IMG/VR virus record: IMGVR_UViG_3300031992_000070
Span: 1 to 64,000 of that record
Length of the DNA: 64,000 bases
Reading direction: 5' to 3' (one strand)
From: a virus
Lineage: Duplodnaviria > Caudoviricetes
The notes beneath the pieces are model-generated. The model was given only the letters and a program-made list of their open reading frames with translations. It was not told where the DNA came from and made no database searches. Each line of letters opens with the position of its first letter. Positions within the stretch are counted from its first letter, which is position 1. Shown in pieces: positions 51,267-62,700 of this stretch. The position numbers and the translations under genes were made by a program.

Positions 51267-51469
51267 TTAAATAACTCTAAAATATTTTGAACTATGGTAT
51301 ATATGTAGTATCTTTGCACAAGAAAATTGCACCACGCATCGCCAGCGACAATAGATGCGGAAGTGATTAGGATATTAACGTTAAACAACTTGTTTGAAAA
51401 CGGATGGTACAAAGTTGGAGTCGCTGCCGATAGAGTATCATCCGTTTGACTTAAAAATCAGCGACAATT

Positions 51470-52015
51470 ATGCTACAAGCGAAAACAGAAGAACAAAAAG
51501 CTCGGATTAAAGAAATCTTTGGCCATACGTCGGTATGGGAAGGTGATTCTGGCGACGGCATCCATATTGACGATTGGGTTTCCTATGACGAAATGGCAGA
51601 GATAGTAGACTACCTACGTTCGGTCAACAAGCCGAAGAAAAGTGAACTGGACATGTCTATCGTTGCGACTGAAATGCGTGAGGTCGTAGATACATGGCTT
51701 GCTTACAAGAAAGAGAAAGGACAGTCGTATAAACCGACGGGATTTAAGACATTCTACAAGAAACTTTGTGAACTTAGCGGGAAAAACCCGCATATAGCGA
51801 TGGCAATAATAGAACAGTCAATGCAGAACAACTACGCAGGATTATTCCCACTTAGAAACAATAATAACAACGTGAATTATGGAAGAGAAACAATCACCGA
51901 CAAGATTAGGAGAAGCGTTGAAGAAGCAAACGTCTTTAGTCAGCAACTCACAGAACGAATTGGCAGTCAGCAGCAAGCCGACGTTTGTAACGGAGATAAC
52001 GACGAGGTATGGTAG
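51470..52015 (+). CDS. Replication initiator-like protein
   Basis: WLAYKKEKGQSYK..AIIEQSMQNNYAGLF C-terminal pattern; promoter at 51309-51316. Confidence 0.6.
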   Translation: MLQAKTEEQKARIKEIFGHTSVWEGDSGDGIHIDDWVSYDEMAEIVDYLRSVNKPKKSELDMSIVATEMREVVDTWLAYKKEKGQSYKPTGFKTFYKKLCELSGKNPHIAMAIIEQSMQNNYAGLFPLRNNNNNVNYGRETITDKIRRSVEEANVFSQQLTERIGSQQQADVCNGDNDEVW

Positions 52016-52547
52016 CTTTGTGCAACTTAGCAACAAGTTCTCCTATGCAAACAAGAATACGTTCGTGCAAGATGCTACGGCTTGTTTCCGCAGGGACAGT
52101 CCTACGTTCGTGCGGATAGACATCACATACGGCAGAGGCTCTTCCGCAAACTGGATATACAACATATTACAGGGTATGTTCATATTCCTTGGCGTGACGA
52201 ACGACAAGTTCAGCAAGGAGCAGGTCTACAATCTCGCATGCAGCATCTATGCAAACTATAAGACGCTGAAAGTTGTTGAGTTCCTTCTGTTCGTTACACG
52301 CTTTGAGGGCGGCAGGTACGGAAAGTTCTACGGAGATACATCGTATGCCCTTACAGTCACGGATGCGCTGAACAGATTTATGGTCGAGCGGGAACACTAC
52401 TATGCTGACATTGAGCGTGCGCGTGCCGAAAAGAAGATTGAGGAAAGCAAGAAGGATACAATCACTTTTGAGGAATACAGGCGTATGAAAGAAGAAAGCG
52501 GAGAGCACGTTTCAAGTATGCTTGATGAACTTTACGGCAATGGATAA
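51879..52547 (+). CDS. Putative helicase loader/replication partner
   Basis: LKVVEFLLFVTRFEGGRYGKFYG; follows the initiator. Confidence 0.5.
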   Translation: MEEKQSPTRLGEALKKQTSLVSNSQNELAVSSKPTFVTEITTRYGSFVQLSNKFSYANKNTFVQDATACFRRDSPTFVRIDITYGRGSSANWIYNILQGMFIFLGVTNDKFSKEQVYNLACSIYANYKTLKVVEFLLFVTRFEGGRYGKFYGDTSYALTVTDALNRFMVEREHYYADIERARAEKKIEESKKDTITFEEYRRMKEESGEHVSSMLDELYGNG

Positions 52548-52794
52548 GGAAGAATACAACAGACTGCTAAAGGACTGGCGGTGGAAAGAACGCCGTAGAG
52601 AAATCCTTGAAAGGGATGATTATACGTGTCAAGAATGTTACGCCGACAGAAACGACGGTGTTGTATTAAACGTACACCACAGGTATTATATAGACGGTAA
52701 TATGCCTTGGGAATACCCAGACGAAGCATTGGTTACTTTGTGCGAAGATTGCCATAGAAAAGAACATAAATATAACGAAATTGATGTTTATTAA
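52540..52794 (+). CDS. HNH endonuclease
   Basis: RDDYTCQEC..LNVHHRYY..LVTLCEDCH. Confidence 0.85.
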   Translation: MDKEEYNRLLKDWRWKERRREILERDDYTCQECYADRNDGVVLNVHHRYYIDGNMPWEYPDEALVTLCEDCHRKEHKYNEIDVY

Positions 52795-52880
52795 TATAAT
52801 AATCATTAAACGATTTGGAATATTTAAATAAAACTTATAATTTTGCAAAACAATTTTTTATTAATTAAATTTTTAGCGTT

Positions 52881-53818
52881 ATGAAAACAAAAGAAAAGGA
52901 AATTCAGAAAAAGATTAAGGAACTTTGCGAGTTGATGGACGAAGACGAAAAGTTCTTTTTCTTCCGAAAGAAAGGAAATGCAGTGAATATAGCATTGCCA
53001 AGTGCAAGTGAGAGAAACGACGATAGGGTTTCAGCCGCATTGTCTTCCGTTATCGAAGCCTACTTTCTTGACAAAGGTGACGAAGGTGTTGACAGGCTTT
53101 CTGAAATCATTGTCAATTCTATCGAAGCACTTATCGGAATATCGCCTTTGGCTGGCGCAAAGCTTACGTCGCGGTTCGCAAAGGCTGCGTTGCTTGGTAT
53201 GAAAATGACATTGGATAGGATTAAGGACTTGGATGAAGATGATGATGACGAAGAGGGTGTCGAGGATTGCGAAAACTGCGAGTTTATGAGAACATGCGAA
53301 AACGAAGATGCAGTCAAGTACCGCAAGACGCATGGCATACCAAAGCCCAAAAAGAGAGCCAAGAAAGACAAGTGTAACGAAGATTTAAACTGATTTTCAG
53401 TATGGAAAAACAGAAACTCTTTATCAAACTTCCAAATGGCAGGTATCAGGCTTATCGAGAGCCTGAGCCTCCTTTTGACAATGTACTATACAGGAAAGTG
53501 CTGCACGGAAAGAAAATCGTGTATGAGCCACAATCCATGTGTATAGACAAAGATTTGGATGAGGGCGTTTGGGTGGTTGTTAAGCACTTGTACGGCAAGT
53601 CATATTCAACTGGAAAATATCTCTATGACTGCTTTATGTGCTTAAAGGCAAGTGATATTCAGGACGTTCAGTTGTCAAAACTTGGCGGGATGGATAAACT
53701 TGCCGACTATCTTAGTCATAATTGGGATAAACTGCCAAAAAACAAGTCGCAATACGACCTGTGTCGCGCAATAGTCGGATTACTGTTTAACTACGAAAAA
53801 GAAAAAGACAAGAAATGA
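52881..53818 (+). CDS. Two hypothetical ORFs (52881-53393, 53402-53818)
   Basis: Codirectional ORFs. Confidence 0.6.
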
Positions 53819-54066
53819 CAATGGAACTTACAGAAATAGAAGACGAGATGGGAAATGTCTACAAGCAACAGACTGGAGGTAGCCACTACCAGAATTTGAA
53901 AATAACACCAATTGAGTATGCGATGGAAAACAAGCTTGACGCATGCCAGTTCTCGGTTGTCAAGTACATAACGCGTTTCCGTGACAAGAACGGACTTGAA
54001 GACCTTATGAAAGCAAAGGACTTTATAGATATGTTAATCGCATCTGAATATTGTAATCAAAAATAA
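53815..54066 (+). CDS. DUF3310 (SaV-like) protein
   Basis: GGSHYQ..PIEY..VVKYITRFRDKNGLEDLMKA. Confidence 0.85.
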   Translation: MTMELTEIEDEMGNVYKQQTGGSHYQNLKITPIEYAMENKLDACQFSVVKYITRFRDKNGLEDLMKAKDFIDMLIASEYCNQK

Positions 54067-54155
54067 AGCCTTGTGAGCGCATTTCTTTTTGTTTGTGGCT
54101 AACTATACCACAAGTGTAGTAAAATGCGCTTAGAACGGCTAAAAAACGGCTTAAA

Positions 54156-54622
54156 ATGGAAATTATGGATAAAAGGGAGATGGAAGAGGCACAAAAGATG
54201 ATAATGCCGAACAAATTGTGCATACACTGCATTCACAAGAAAAGGCAAAAGCGAAAGTATAAATCGCAGATATACTGCGAAATGCAGCCGTCGCCGTATA
54301 GTGACAGCGGGTTCAAGACAATCAAGGCGCACGACTATGCGTGCGGATTATATAAACAGAAAGAATAAATGATATGAATAATTTGTTATTTTTTATTATA
54401 ACTAATGGATATAGTGTAGAACGTTGGCACAATATGTCTATGTTTCCAAAACTTAGTATAATGCTTTGCTGTGTGTGCATTTATATTGCATTAATGTCTG
54501 TTATTATTGACATGTATCGCACAAATTGTAGTATATCTGAAAAAATAACGGAAATATGTCTTGGTATGTGTTTTTCTATTTTTGCATTATATCTTTTAGT
54601 AAATTCTATTATTTATTGGTGA
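54156..54622 (+). CDS. Cys-rich small protein (54156-54368) and membrane protein (54374-54622)
   Basis: CIHC..C..C motif; hydrophobic segments. Confidence 0.55.
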
Positions 54623-54624
54623 TT

Positions 54625-55032
54625 ATGGCAGATTTTACTGTACTCGGACACATAAGCAACATAAAGTTCCTTCAAGACAGCATTCTTGTTATTGTGGATG
54701 AGAACAAGAACGGATACACGAAACCGAACGGAGAAAAGGTAGAGCCGAAAGTGCTTACTTGGAAATGCATCTTTAGCGGCAACGCAAGCAAACGTGACTA
54801 TGTGAGCAAGTATTTCAACCAAGGAATGCTTGTGCAGGTAAAAGGAGAGATTGTCCCGTATGCGGTTGAACACGGACAGTTGATAGAAGGGTATTCGGTT
54901 TTCATCCAGACACTGAATCGGGCGAGTTACCCGACAACAACAATTAAACAGGAAAGGAGACTAATCAAGGATAGCCAGTTGAACAGCACGGAAAGACCAG
55001 ACTTGGAGACATACAACCAACCAGACTTTTAG
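54625..55032 (+). CDS. SSB-like OB-fold protein
   Basis: FTVLGHISNIK..KYFNQGMLVQVKGEI; QPDF tail. Confidence 0.65.
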   Translation: MADFTVLGHISNIKFLQDSILVIVDENKNGYTKPNGEKVEPKVLTWKCIFSGNASKRDYVSKYFNQGMLVQVKGEIVPYAVEHGQLIEGYSVFIQTLNRASYPTTTIKQERRLIKDSQLNSTERPDLETYNQPDF

Positions 55033-55080
55033 AATGTAACGTTACAACAAAATATGTATAACTTTTAATTTGTGTAAATC

Positions 55081-55458
55081 ATGACGCAGGAAGAGAAAAT
55101 AAAGGATTTGGAACAACGTTTGGCTATGATGGAAGCAGACAATAGTGCATTGGCGGTTGACATTGAACACTACAAGAAAGTTGCAGCAGGGCTTAAAGGG
55201 CGCAACAAACAGCTTGCCGAACGAATCGAACATTACAAACAGCTCGACTTGGAAGGCGACGGACTATATGAGGAAACTCTTGCAATGCTTGAAGAGAAAG
55301 AGAAAATTATTGCTAGCTTGCAGTCACAGGTATGCAGGCTTACGGTTGAAAACAAGAAACTCAAAGTGAGCATAGAAGGAAAGGAACGCCTGATAGAAGA
55401 GCTTGAACTTGCAACAATCAAGCTACACGCGCCTTGGTGGAAAAGGATTTTTATGTAG
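55081..55458 (+). CDS. Coiled-coil protein ending PWWKRIF
   Basis: Heptad pattern. Confidence 0.6.
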   Translation: MTQEEKIKDLEQRLAMMEADNSALAVDIEHYKKVAAGLKGRNKQLAERIEHYKQLDLEGDGLYEETLAMLEEKEKIIASLQSQVCRLTVENKKLKVSIEGKERLIEELELATIKLHAPWWKRIFM

Positions 55459-55478
55459 TAACAACAGACCTTGCCATT

Positions 55479-55520
55479 AAAAAAGAAGCCACTATCCATC
55501 ACGGACGGTGGCTTATCCTT
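55479..55520. terminator. Terminator between convergent blocks
   Basis: AAGCCAC/GTGGCTT stem; U-tract on the - strand. Confidence 0.7.
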
Positions 55521-55601
55521 TTCTAACGCCTTAGAAACATCTTTTTACCTTAAAAACAATTCATAACCAAACAACTCATAGACAATCATAAAATTAAAGT
55601 G

Positions 55602-56063
55602 TTAAGCATTACTTGGTGATGTTAGCGTATGAAGCGTGATTGTTCCCATAATATACGAATTTCTTCCGCGATGCAGCTTCTGTATCGTAGGCTTGTACGA
55701 TTTCAGACATACTACATGGGCATATTTGTTCACGTAAGCGGATTTCAGGTAGAAATCCCCCTGCTTGCACATATAGCTGATGAATGCGTCGTGTACCGTC
55801 TGTGTGTCGCTAGCACCGTATCTTTCACCAACGACGAACGTTACCGATATATCAACGTTTGCGCGAACGATTGAGCCGCCAGCAAGAAAATAGTCCTCCG
55901 TCTGACTGTTTATCCATTTTGCGGTGTACACGTTCTGTGCTTCGCCAAGTTCGTTGTACCCGTCAACCGCGAGGATTTTAACGCCAGCAAACTTTGTCGT
56001 TATATCCTCCCAACTGCTAGCGTTCCTGCTAACAAAGTATTTGTTCCTTAATTCCTGTGCCAT
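55602..56063 (-). CDS. Putative distal-tail-type protein
   Basis: Beta-rich, 153 aa, downstream of the tape measure gene. Confidence 0.45.
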   Translation of the reverse strand: MAQELRNKYFVSRNASSWEDITTKFAGVKILAVDGYNELGEAQNVYTAKWINSQTEDYFLAGGSIVRANVDISVTFVVGERYGASDTQTVHDAFISYMCKQGDFYLKSAYVNKYAHVVCLKSYKPTIQKLHRGRNSYIMGTITLHTLTSPSNA

Positions 56064-56067
56064 AATC

Positions 56068-56667
56068 CTATAATCTTAGTTCTTTGTCGAAAATCTTTAC
56101 GTTCCCAAGGCAGTATTTTCCAAGTTCCACCTTTGCGTCTTTTGAATACCTGTAAACAACCACATCGCTGCTTTCGTCCAAGTCCTCTATCGTAATAACA
56201 CTCCTGTCGAAAAGCTTTATGTTCGCGGAATTGAACCCTTCACATACAAGATGCACGTTGCTGCGGTTGCTTATGTATATTGTCGGGCATTTGGTCTGCG
56301 GGACAACAACGTTCGCTCCGACAGTCCACATGATGCTTGAAATATCCGTCGATATGTTCAGGTCGTTCTCGTAGTCCCAGTCAACATAAAGCGAATACGT
56401 ATATCCTTTCACGTCATCACAGTCGTTGAACACAACACCGTTGATGTAGTCCTTGAAATACTCCTTGACATATTCTTTGGTAATACCGATGCCCTTGTAC
56501 GCGTGCGTAACAACGTAAGGTATCGACTGTTGGCAAAGCGAAAGCTTTATAAGCATGCTCTTGTCATCACCGCACTTTCTCCAATGCGACTTATAGTCGG
56601 CGCATAGCGGTGCTGTTATCGCACCGCTTAATGCCGCCTTGTAAAAATCGAATATTCCCTTATCCAT
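56068..56667 (-). CDS. Hypothetical protein with C-terminal beta-solenoid-like repeats
   Basis: Start MDKGIF at 56667, directly after TATCTTTG (56672-56679). Confidence 0.6.
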   Translation of the reverse strand: MDKGIFDFYKAALSGAITAPLCADYKSHWRKCGDDKSMLIKLSLCQQSIPYVVTHAYKGIGITKEYVKEYFKDYINGVVFNDCDDVKGYTYSLYVDWDYENDLNISTDISSIMWTVGANVVVPQTKCPTIYISNRSNVHLVCEGFNSANIKLFDRSVITIEDLDESSDVVVYRYSKDAKVELGKYCLGNVKIFDKELRL

Positions 56668-56707
56668 ATTGCAAAGATAGTAACTTTTTTGTTTGTAACC
56701 AAATATT

Positions 56708-59700
56708 TTATGCCATTTCAACGCGAACCGCAAGTCCGTTAGGACTACTCCATCCTTCAAGAATTGACTGTATCGCCATCTGTACTTGGAACGACTGCTG
56801 CAACTGTAGAAGCATCTGTCCCTGTACGCCAAGCTGTATGTCCGCATCGCCTCCAATAAGAATGTCGCGTATCTGCGTGAGGATGTCCGACTGGTAGTAG
56901 ACCTGCTGCGAAACACCGTTCATGTAAGCCTCCAACGCGCCTGCGGTATCTTCGGTTATACCCTGAATACCTTGTTTTAGGGAAGATAGTTTTTCTTTGT
57001 CTTTTTCGCTCCCAAATTCGATGCCAAAAAGTTCCATATACTCTTTAAATTCGTTTTGGACATCACTACGCCAACTAGCAGACGTATCCCTTATGCTTTG
57101 AATGTCTTCTGGTCGAGGTCTTGCAGCATCAGAATATGCTTTTGCGTATTTTTCTTTCGCTTCCTCGTAAGATTTTTTAACACGCTCAATAACATCGTCT
57201 GAAACATAAAGGTCTCTGTCTTGTGCAAACGCCATAATAGCTTCATAGGCAACGTAAGCTTTATCCATTGCAGTCTTTGCATCCAGCACATTCTCGTCGA
57301 GCGATGCCCTTAATTCGGCTCGTTCTGATATATCTTTTAGCATTTCTTCAATTCTATCACCTATAAGTTTGCTAACTATAGATTTGGAGACCATGCTGTC
57401 TATCATTTCATTAAACGAATCCTTGTAAGCGTCCATATATTTCTCGCCTTTTTTGAAAGCGTCAATCATACTGTCAACAAGATTTTCAGCCCAATCTTGA
57501 GAATCTGAAATGTCTACAAGTTCTTTTGCTACATTTTTTGCAGCATTGGAAACTTCTCGCTCTAATTCATCAACCTTATCCTCAAGATTTGAGATTTTTT
57601 CAAAATCTTTGTCTTTGTTATCTCTTGACCTTTCAAGTGTAAGCTGCCTTTTAACATCATCAAGTTCCAATTGTTTGTTAGTTAATTGCAGCTTCTTTAA
57701 TCCAATGTCGTCAGCACCATACGAGTCTTCTATTGCTCTTTTTAATTTATTGTATGATACTGCAAGCCTGTCAATTTGACGTTGGATTTGTGTTACCTGC
57801 TTGTTAATTGCTTCATTTGACGCCTCTGAAGCCCATCTGATAATACTACTTGCAGCCCCAGCTATACCACCGATTATAGCACCATACGCTCCACCAACTT
57901 GAGCACCAGTAGAAGCACCCTTTCCAGCACTTTCTATAACAGAAAACAATCTGTCAACATCACTAGTGTCAACACCGCTTATGGATTTTGCAAGGTCGTC
58001 AAAAACACTGATTGCAGATTTTACAGCGTTTACTGTTTCATATATACTTCCAACCCAAGCAGTTGCGTCAACCTTTCCAAACTTCTCGCGCTCTTCGTTA
58101 AGCTTTTTTAATTTATCTCTCGCTTCTTTAAGTTTTGACTGCGTTTTTTCATCTGCAATTCCGTTCGCTATATTTAAAGCTTCAATTTTTGAAAGTTGCT
58201 CTATTTCATTTTTTGTTTTTTCTATTTCTTCGTCAAACAACTCCATTTTTTCTTTCGCTCTATCAAGCATATTGCCGATATATCCGAAAGGATTGTCTTT
58301 TCTTTGCTCTTTGTATAGGTTTCTTAACGCCTTGTTGATTTTAATTATTTGATTCCCGTCTAACCCTTTTGCAGTCTTTTTATAACTTTCTATTTCAGAT
58401 ATAAGCATTGAAATTGCACTCTTTGACATATTCGCAAGTTCTCCAGTGGCAATAATCCATTCTGGAGATTTCTGGAAAGCTTCAAAGTTCTCCTTTGCTA
58501 TGCCTTGTTCTTGACTGTTATCAATGGCGGTTACAATGTTTAGTTTTGCATTATCATCGCCAGCAATGTTTTTGACAAGATTTTGCAGTTGCTCTATAAG
58601 TTTCTGTTTCTCCTGTGGGTCGGTAGCCGCAAGAATCTGTGTCTGTAAGTTCAAAGCCAAAGATTTCTCGTCTTCGTTTCTTCCAAATTGCTGCGCAAAT
58701 GTCACACGCTCCTTAACGGCGTCATTCTGGATTTTGCTTATCTTTGTTTCATACTCCGCATACTTTTCAAGCAGCTTGTCCCAGTCTTTAATCCTTTCCT
58801 CCGTTTCCTTTCTTTGGAATCCTCTTGCAGCTTCAACAGCTTTTTTTACAAGTTCAAGTTGCGCATCTGTAAATGTTTTGTTTTCTTCAAATGCACGCAA
58901 ATAATCATCCGTGATGTCAAGCACATTTGGAAGTTCTGTCTTTGCACCCAATTCGCTAAGTTTGCTATTCAGTATCTTTGATGCGCGTTCTGCATACTCG
59001 CTTGCCGTTCTTGGCAAATCGTTCACGTCAATACCCATCCAGTCGGCAAACATATTACCCAACTCTGGGTCTGCATCTAAAGATACCGCCAGCTCATACT
59101 CGTCCTTTAGGCGGTCGAGTTCGTTGTTCAAACCCTTGGTAATCTTGGTGAGGTCATAAGCATCAGCATCAACATCAACCTCGCTATATTTGACTTCAAG
59201 TTCTTTAATCTCTTCTGGCTTGATGTTTTTGGCAATTTTGGCAGAGTCCAATTGTAACTTTAACATGTCCAAAAGCGCATGCGGATTGTCCGTACCAGCA
59301 AATTTGGATATATCAAAAAGCGGTATGTTATTCTTTCCAAGTATAGAGTTGATGCGTGCAATAGAATTTCCAAATTGGTTTGTTATCTTTGTTAAGGCAT
59401 CACCACTATTTGCGCCAGCATCGACAAGTTTTTTGTATTGGCTGCGCACCCTATCAATAAGTTGCAATTCGTCTTTTAGTGCTTTTGTCAATTCGCTTTC
59501 AGCAGCCTTTTGAGCCTTGCTTGCGGCAGTATTTTCTTTCTTTGACTCACCACCTTTTTCAACGGCTTTGTTATAATCCTTCTGTGCCTGTGTACGCTCT
59601 TTAAGTGCTTCCGTGAGTTCTCTGTCATCTTGACTAACACGGCTTAAATCAACAGCACCTGTTTCAGCACCCTCAACCTCCTTTGCGCCTTTCTTTCTTA

Positions 59701-62700
59701 GTTGACTAATGCGCTTGTCAAGACGCTGCATTGTCTTCCAAGCATCATCAGCCGCTTTATCGTATTCTTCAAGCTGCTTGTAGACCGACTTTCCATCCTC
59801 CGTGCTAATAGTCATCTTGATAAACACGCTCCAAGTGTTAGCATCGTTTATCCAATTTTTTAATCGGTTGAAAACACTATCTGTTGCAAGGTTGTGCGAT
59901 TTCTCGTATCTATTAGCCCAATCGTGAACTCTTTTTTGCCACTCTTCGGACTGGAAGTCCATAGCTTTCTTGCCGTGGTCTGTCATGGAATTGTACGCAG
60001 CCGTGAGTTCGCTTATGTGACGTTCCTTAATGTATTTTGTGAAATCGTTCCAGTAAGCACGGTTTTCACCGTTGAACTTGTCAAAATCGCGCTTTTGTTG
60101 CTCAAGCGTTTCCAAGTTCTTCTGTATCTGCTGCTTTGATATTTCATCAGATGCTGTTGCGAGTGCGTTCTTTTCGTCGGCAATGCGGATTTCAAGTGCT
60201 TCTTTTGCAGCTTTAGCACGGGCAACCTCAACCTCTCGTTGTAGCGTAAATGCTGTTTGCGGGTCAAGATTACTTTGAGTTGCAAGTCTGTCCGTAACTT
60301 GCTTAAACACCTCATCAATCTTTCCAGTATCACCAGACCATCCGTTAAGGTTGATAAAGTCGATAACAGAATCGGTTGTGACTTTAAGGTCTTTGCGGAA
60401 TCGTTCAAGCGCAGTTGCATAGTCTTTGTCAATAACCTTTGTGAATTTATCATTGGGGTCTTGACCTGCATCTTGAAGTCTTTGTATTTCTTTTTGTAAG
60501 TCTTTTACATTGCCAATCAATCCATCTGCGCCTTGCCAAGCATTCCACCAAGCAGCCCAACTTTGCGTCACCTTGATGCCGTCCTCTCCAATTTCCTTTA
60601 GTGCTGCTGAAACTGTCTGAATGTCGTCAAGTATTTGGAATCCCTGTCTTAGTCTCTCGCTGACATTTTCGATAGAAAGTAGTTTGCTAATGTATTCATC
60701 GCTTGCGTGCGAAGATAATTCAATCTGCTCACGCATAGCCTCCCACACTTTTTTTGCCTCCGATGCAGAAATGTCTTGTCCTACAGTCTGGTTTGCATAA
60801 GCGGTTGCAGCCGCCTTTCCTGTTGATGGGTCGTATATATTCCCAATAGCCGTTTTTTGCGTAGTGTAAAGGCTGTCACGAACATTTTTGTATTGCTCTG
60901 CAAATTTCTTTAAGTCCTCGTATGTAGTTTTCGCGCCATCACGCAAAGATTTGTTAAACTCTTTAGTTGCTCTATCTGCATTGATAAAAGCGTCTCCTAT
61001 CTCTGTTACAAGCAGAGCAGCCATTGTAAACCATGCCAACGGAGAACGAACAAGGGACATAAATGCGCTTCCAAGCGTTCTTACTGTAGCAGCAAGACGT
61101 GTGCCAAGTAACGAATTGAGCGTCATGTATTTGTTAAGAGAACCAAAGCCTATACCTGCCGCATGAGCACAGACACCCAAGAATTGCAGGGCTTTTGCAA
61201 CACCAAACACAAGAGCAACTTCGTTTAGCGCGCCATAAAGATTTTTCCATTGCAAGAATAAACTTCTTAAAGCACCGATACTCCAAGTAAGAACCCCTTG
61301 CGTTTCTTTACCCATATCATTAAGCATATTGTTCCATGCCAACGTAAGGTTTGCAAGACGAACTTTAAGAGTGTCGGCCATTTTTGCTTGGAAATCAAAG
61401 AACTTGCCACCTTCATCAGTCATCTTTGTAATAACAGACATGACAGAATTATAGTCAATGGCTTTCTTTTTCATGCGGTCATATACGTCGGCTGTACTAA
61501 CCATCTTTCCCTCTAGCTCCGTGTAATAGTCGGAAAGTTGCTTTACAAGCGGAATACCAGCATTTGCAAACATACGCGCATCACGACTATTTAGGTAGCC
61601 ATAAGCCTTAATCTGTCCAAGTGCGTAAGTTAAACGTTCCATTGGAACGCCAACGGCAGATGCCATATCTGCCAATCGCCTTGTTGTATCTACAACGTCC
61701 TTTGCGGCAATATCGTATGCCGTTAATTGTTTTGCAGCATTTGACAATTCAATAAGTGTGTATGGCGACACAAGAGCCATCTGTGACAACTCATTGAATA
61801 TTTGCGTTCCACGTTCTGCGCTATTGATAAGAATACCAAGCGCACGTTCGTTCATTTCATATTGCGAACGAACCTCAATAAGGTTCTTGATGAAGGCTGT
61901 TGACGCGCCAACGGTAAAGTAGAACGCAAGACGGTTCTTCATGTAGTTCCAAGAACGGCCGAGCGCATTGTTTGAACCAATCATTTGTTGATTCTTCTGC
62001 ATCACATCGTCCATCTTCTTTTTAAGACGGTCGTATTCTGCATTTACAGTAGAAATTTCTTTCTTTTGTGTTTCAACGTTTAAACCGCTACGTAAAGATG
62101 ATAGTCTTTGCATCTTATATGCAATATCATCAAGCGTCTTTTCAGACAATCCTCCTTTGCCGTTTATACCAATAATAGACTCTAATGACACTGGTCTTGC
62201 GGCTTGTGAACGTATTTTCTGCATAGCGCGTTCGACCTCATGCATAGAAGCAACAAGCGTCTTACCTTGGTCGCTATTCCTATCAGACTTTCCAAGCGTA
62301 TCGTAAGCCTGTTTTAGCTGTTTTAGTGTAGATGCCAACTTATTGTAAGAATCCTTTTCAGCATCAGCCATCTTTACTTGTTGCTCCTGTATTCCAAGAA
62401 CAGATGCAATGGACTGACGTAGGCTGTCGTAGCTTTGGAACGGCGTAGTACCACCAGAACGAATGCCGCTTGCTCGTTTGTTTATTTCTTCGTTGACTTT
62501 TTTCTGGTCTTGATAAATCTTTTTTAATTCCTCACCAGTAAGACGGGTAGCTTGTGCAACTTTTTCTTCTTCGGCAGCTTGCTGTAGCATTGAGGATTGT
62601 TCGCTTTTATGAAGCTGCAAAAGCTGTTCTTCTAGTGCAATACGGCTTTTTAGAGGTGTTGTATCTTTTTCTAGGTTATATACGCTTACTCCATTAACAA

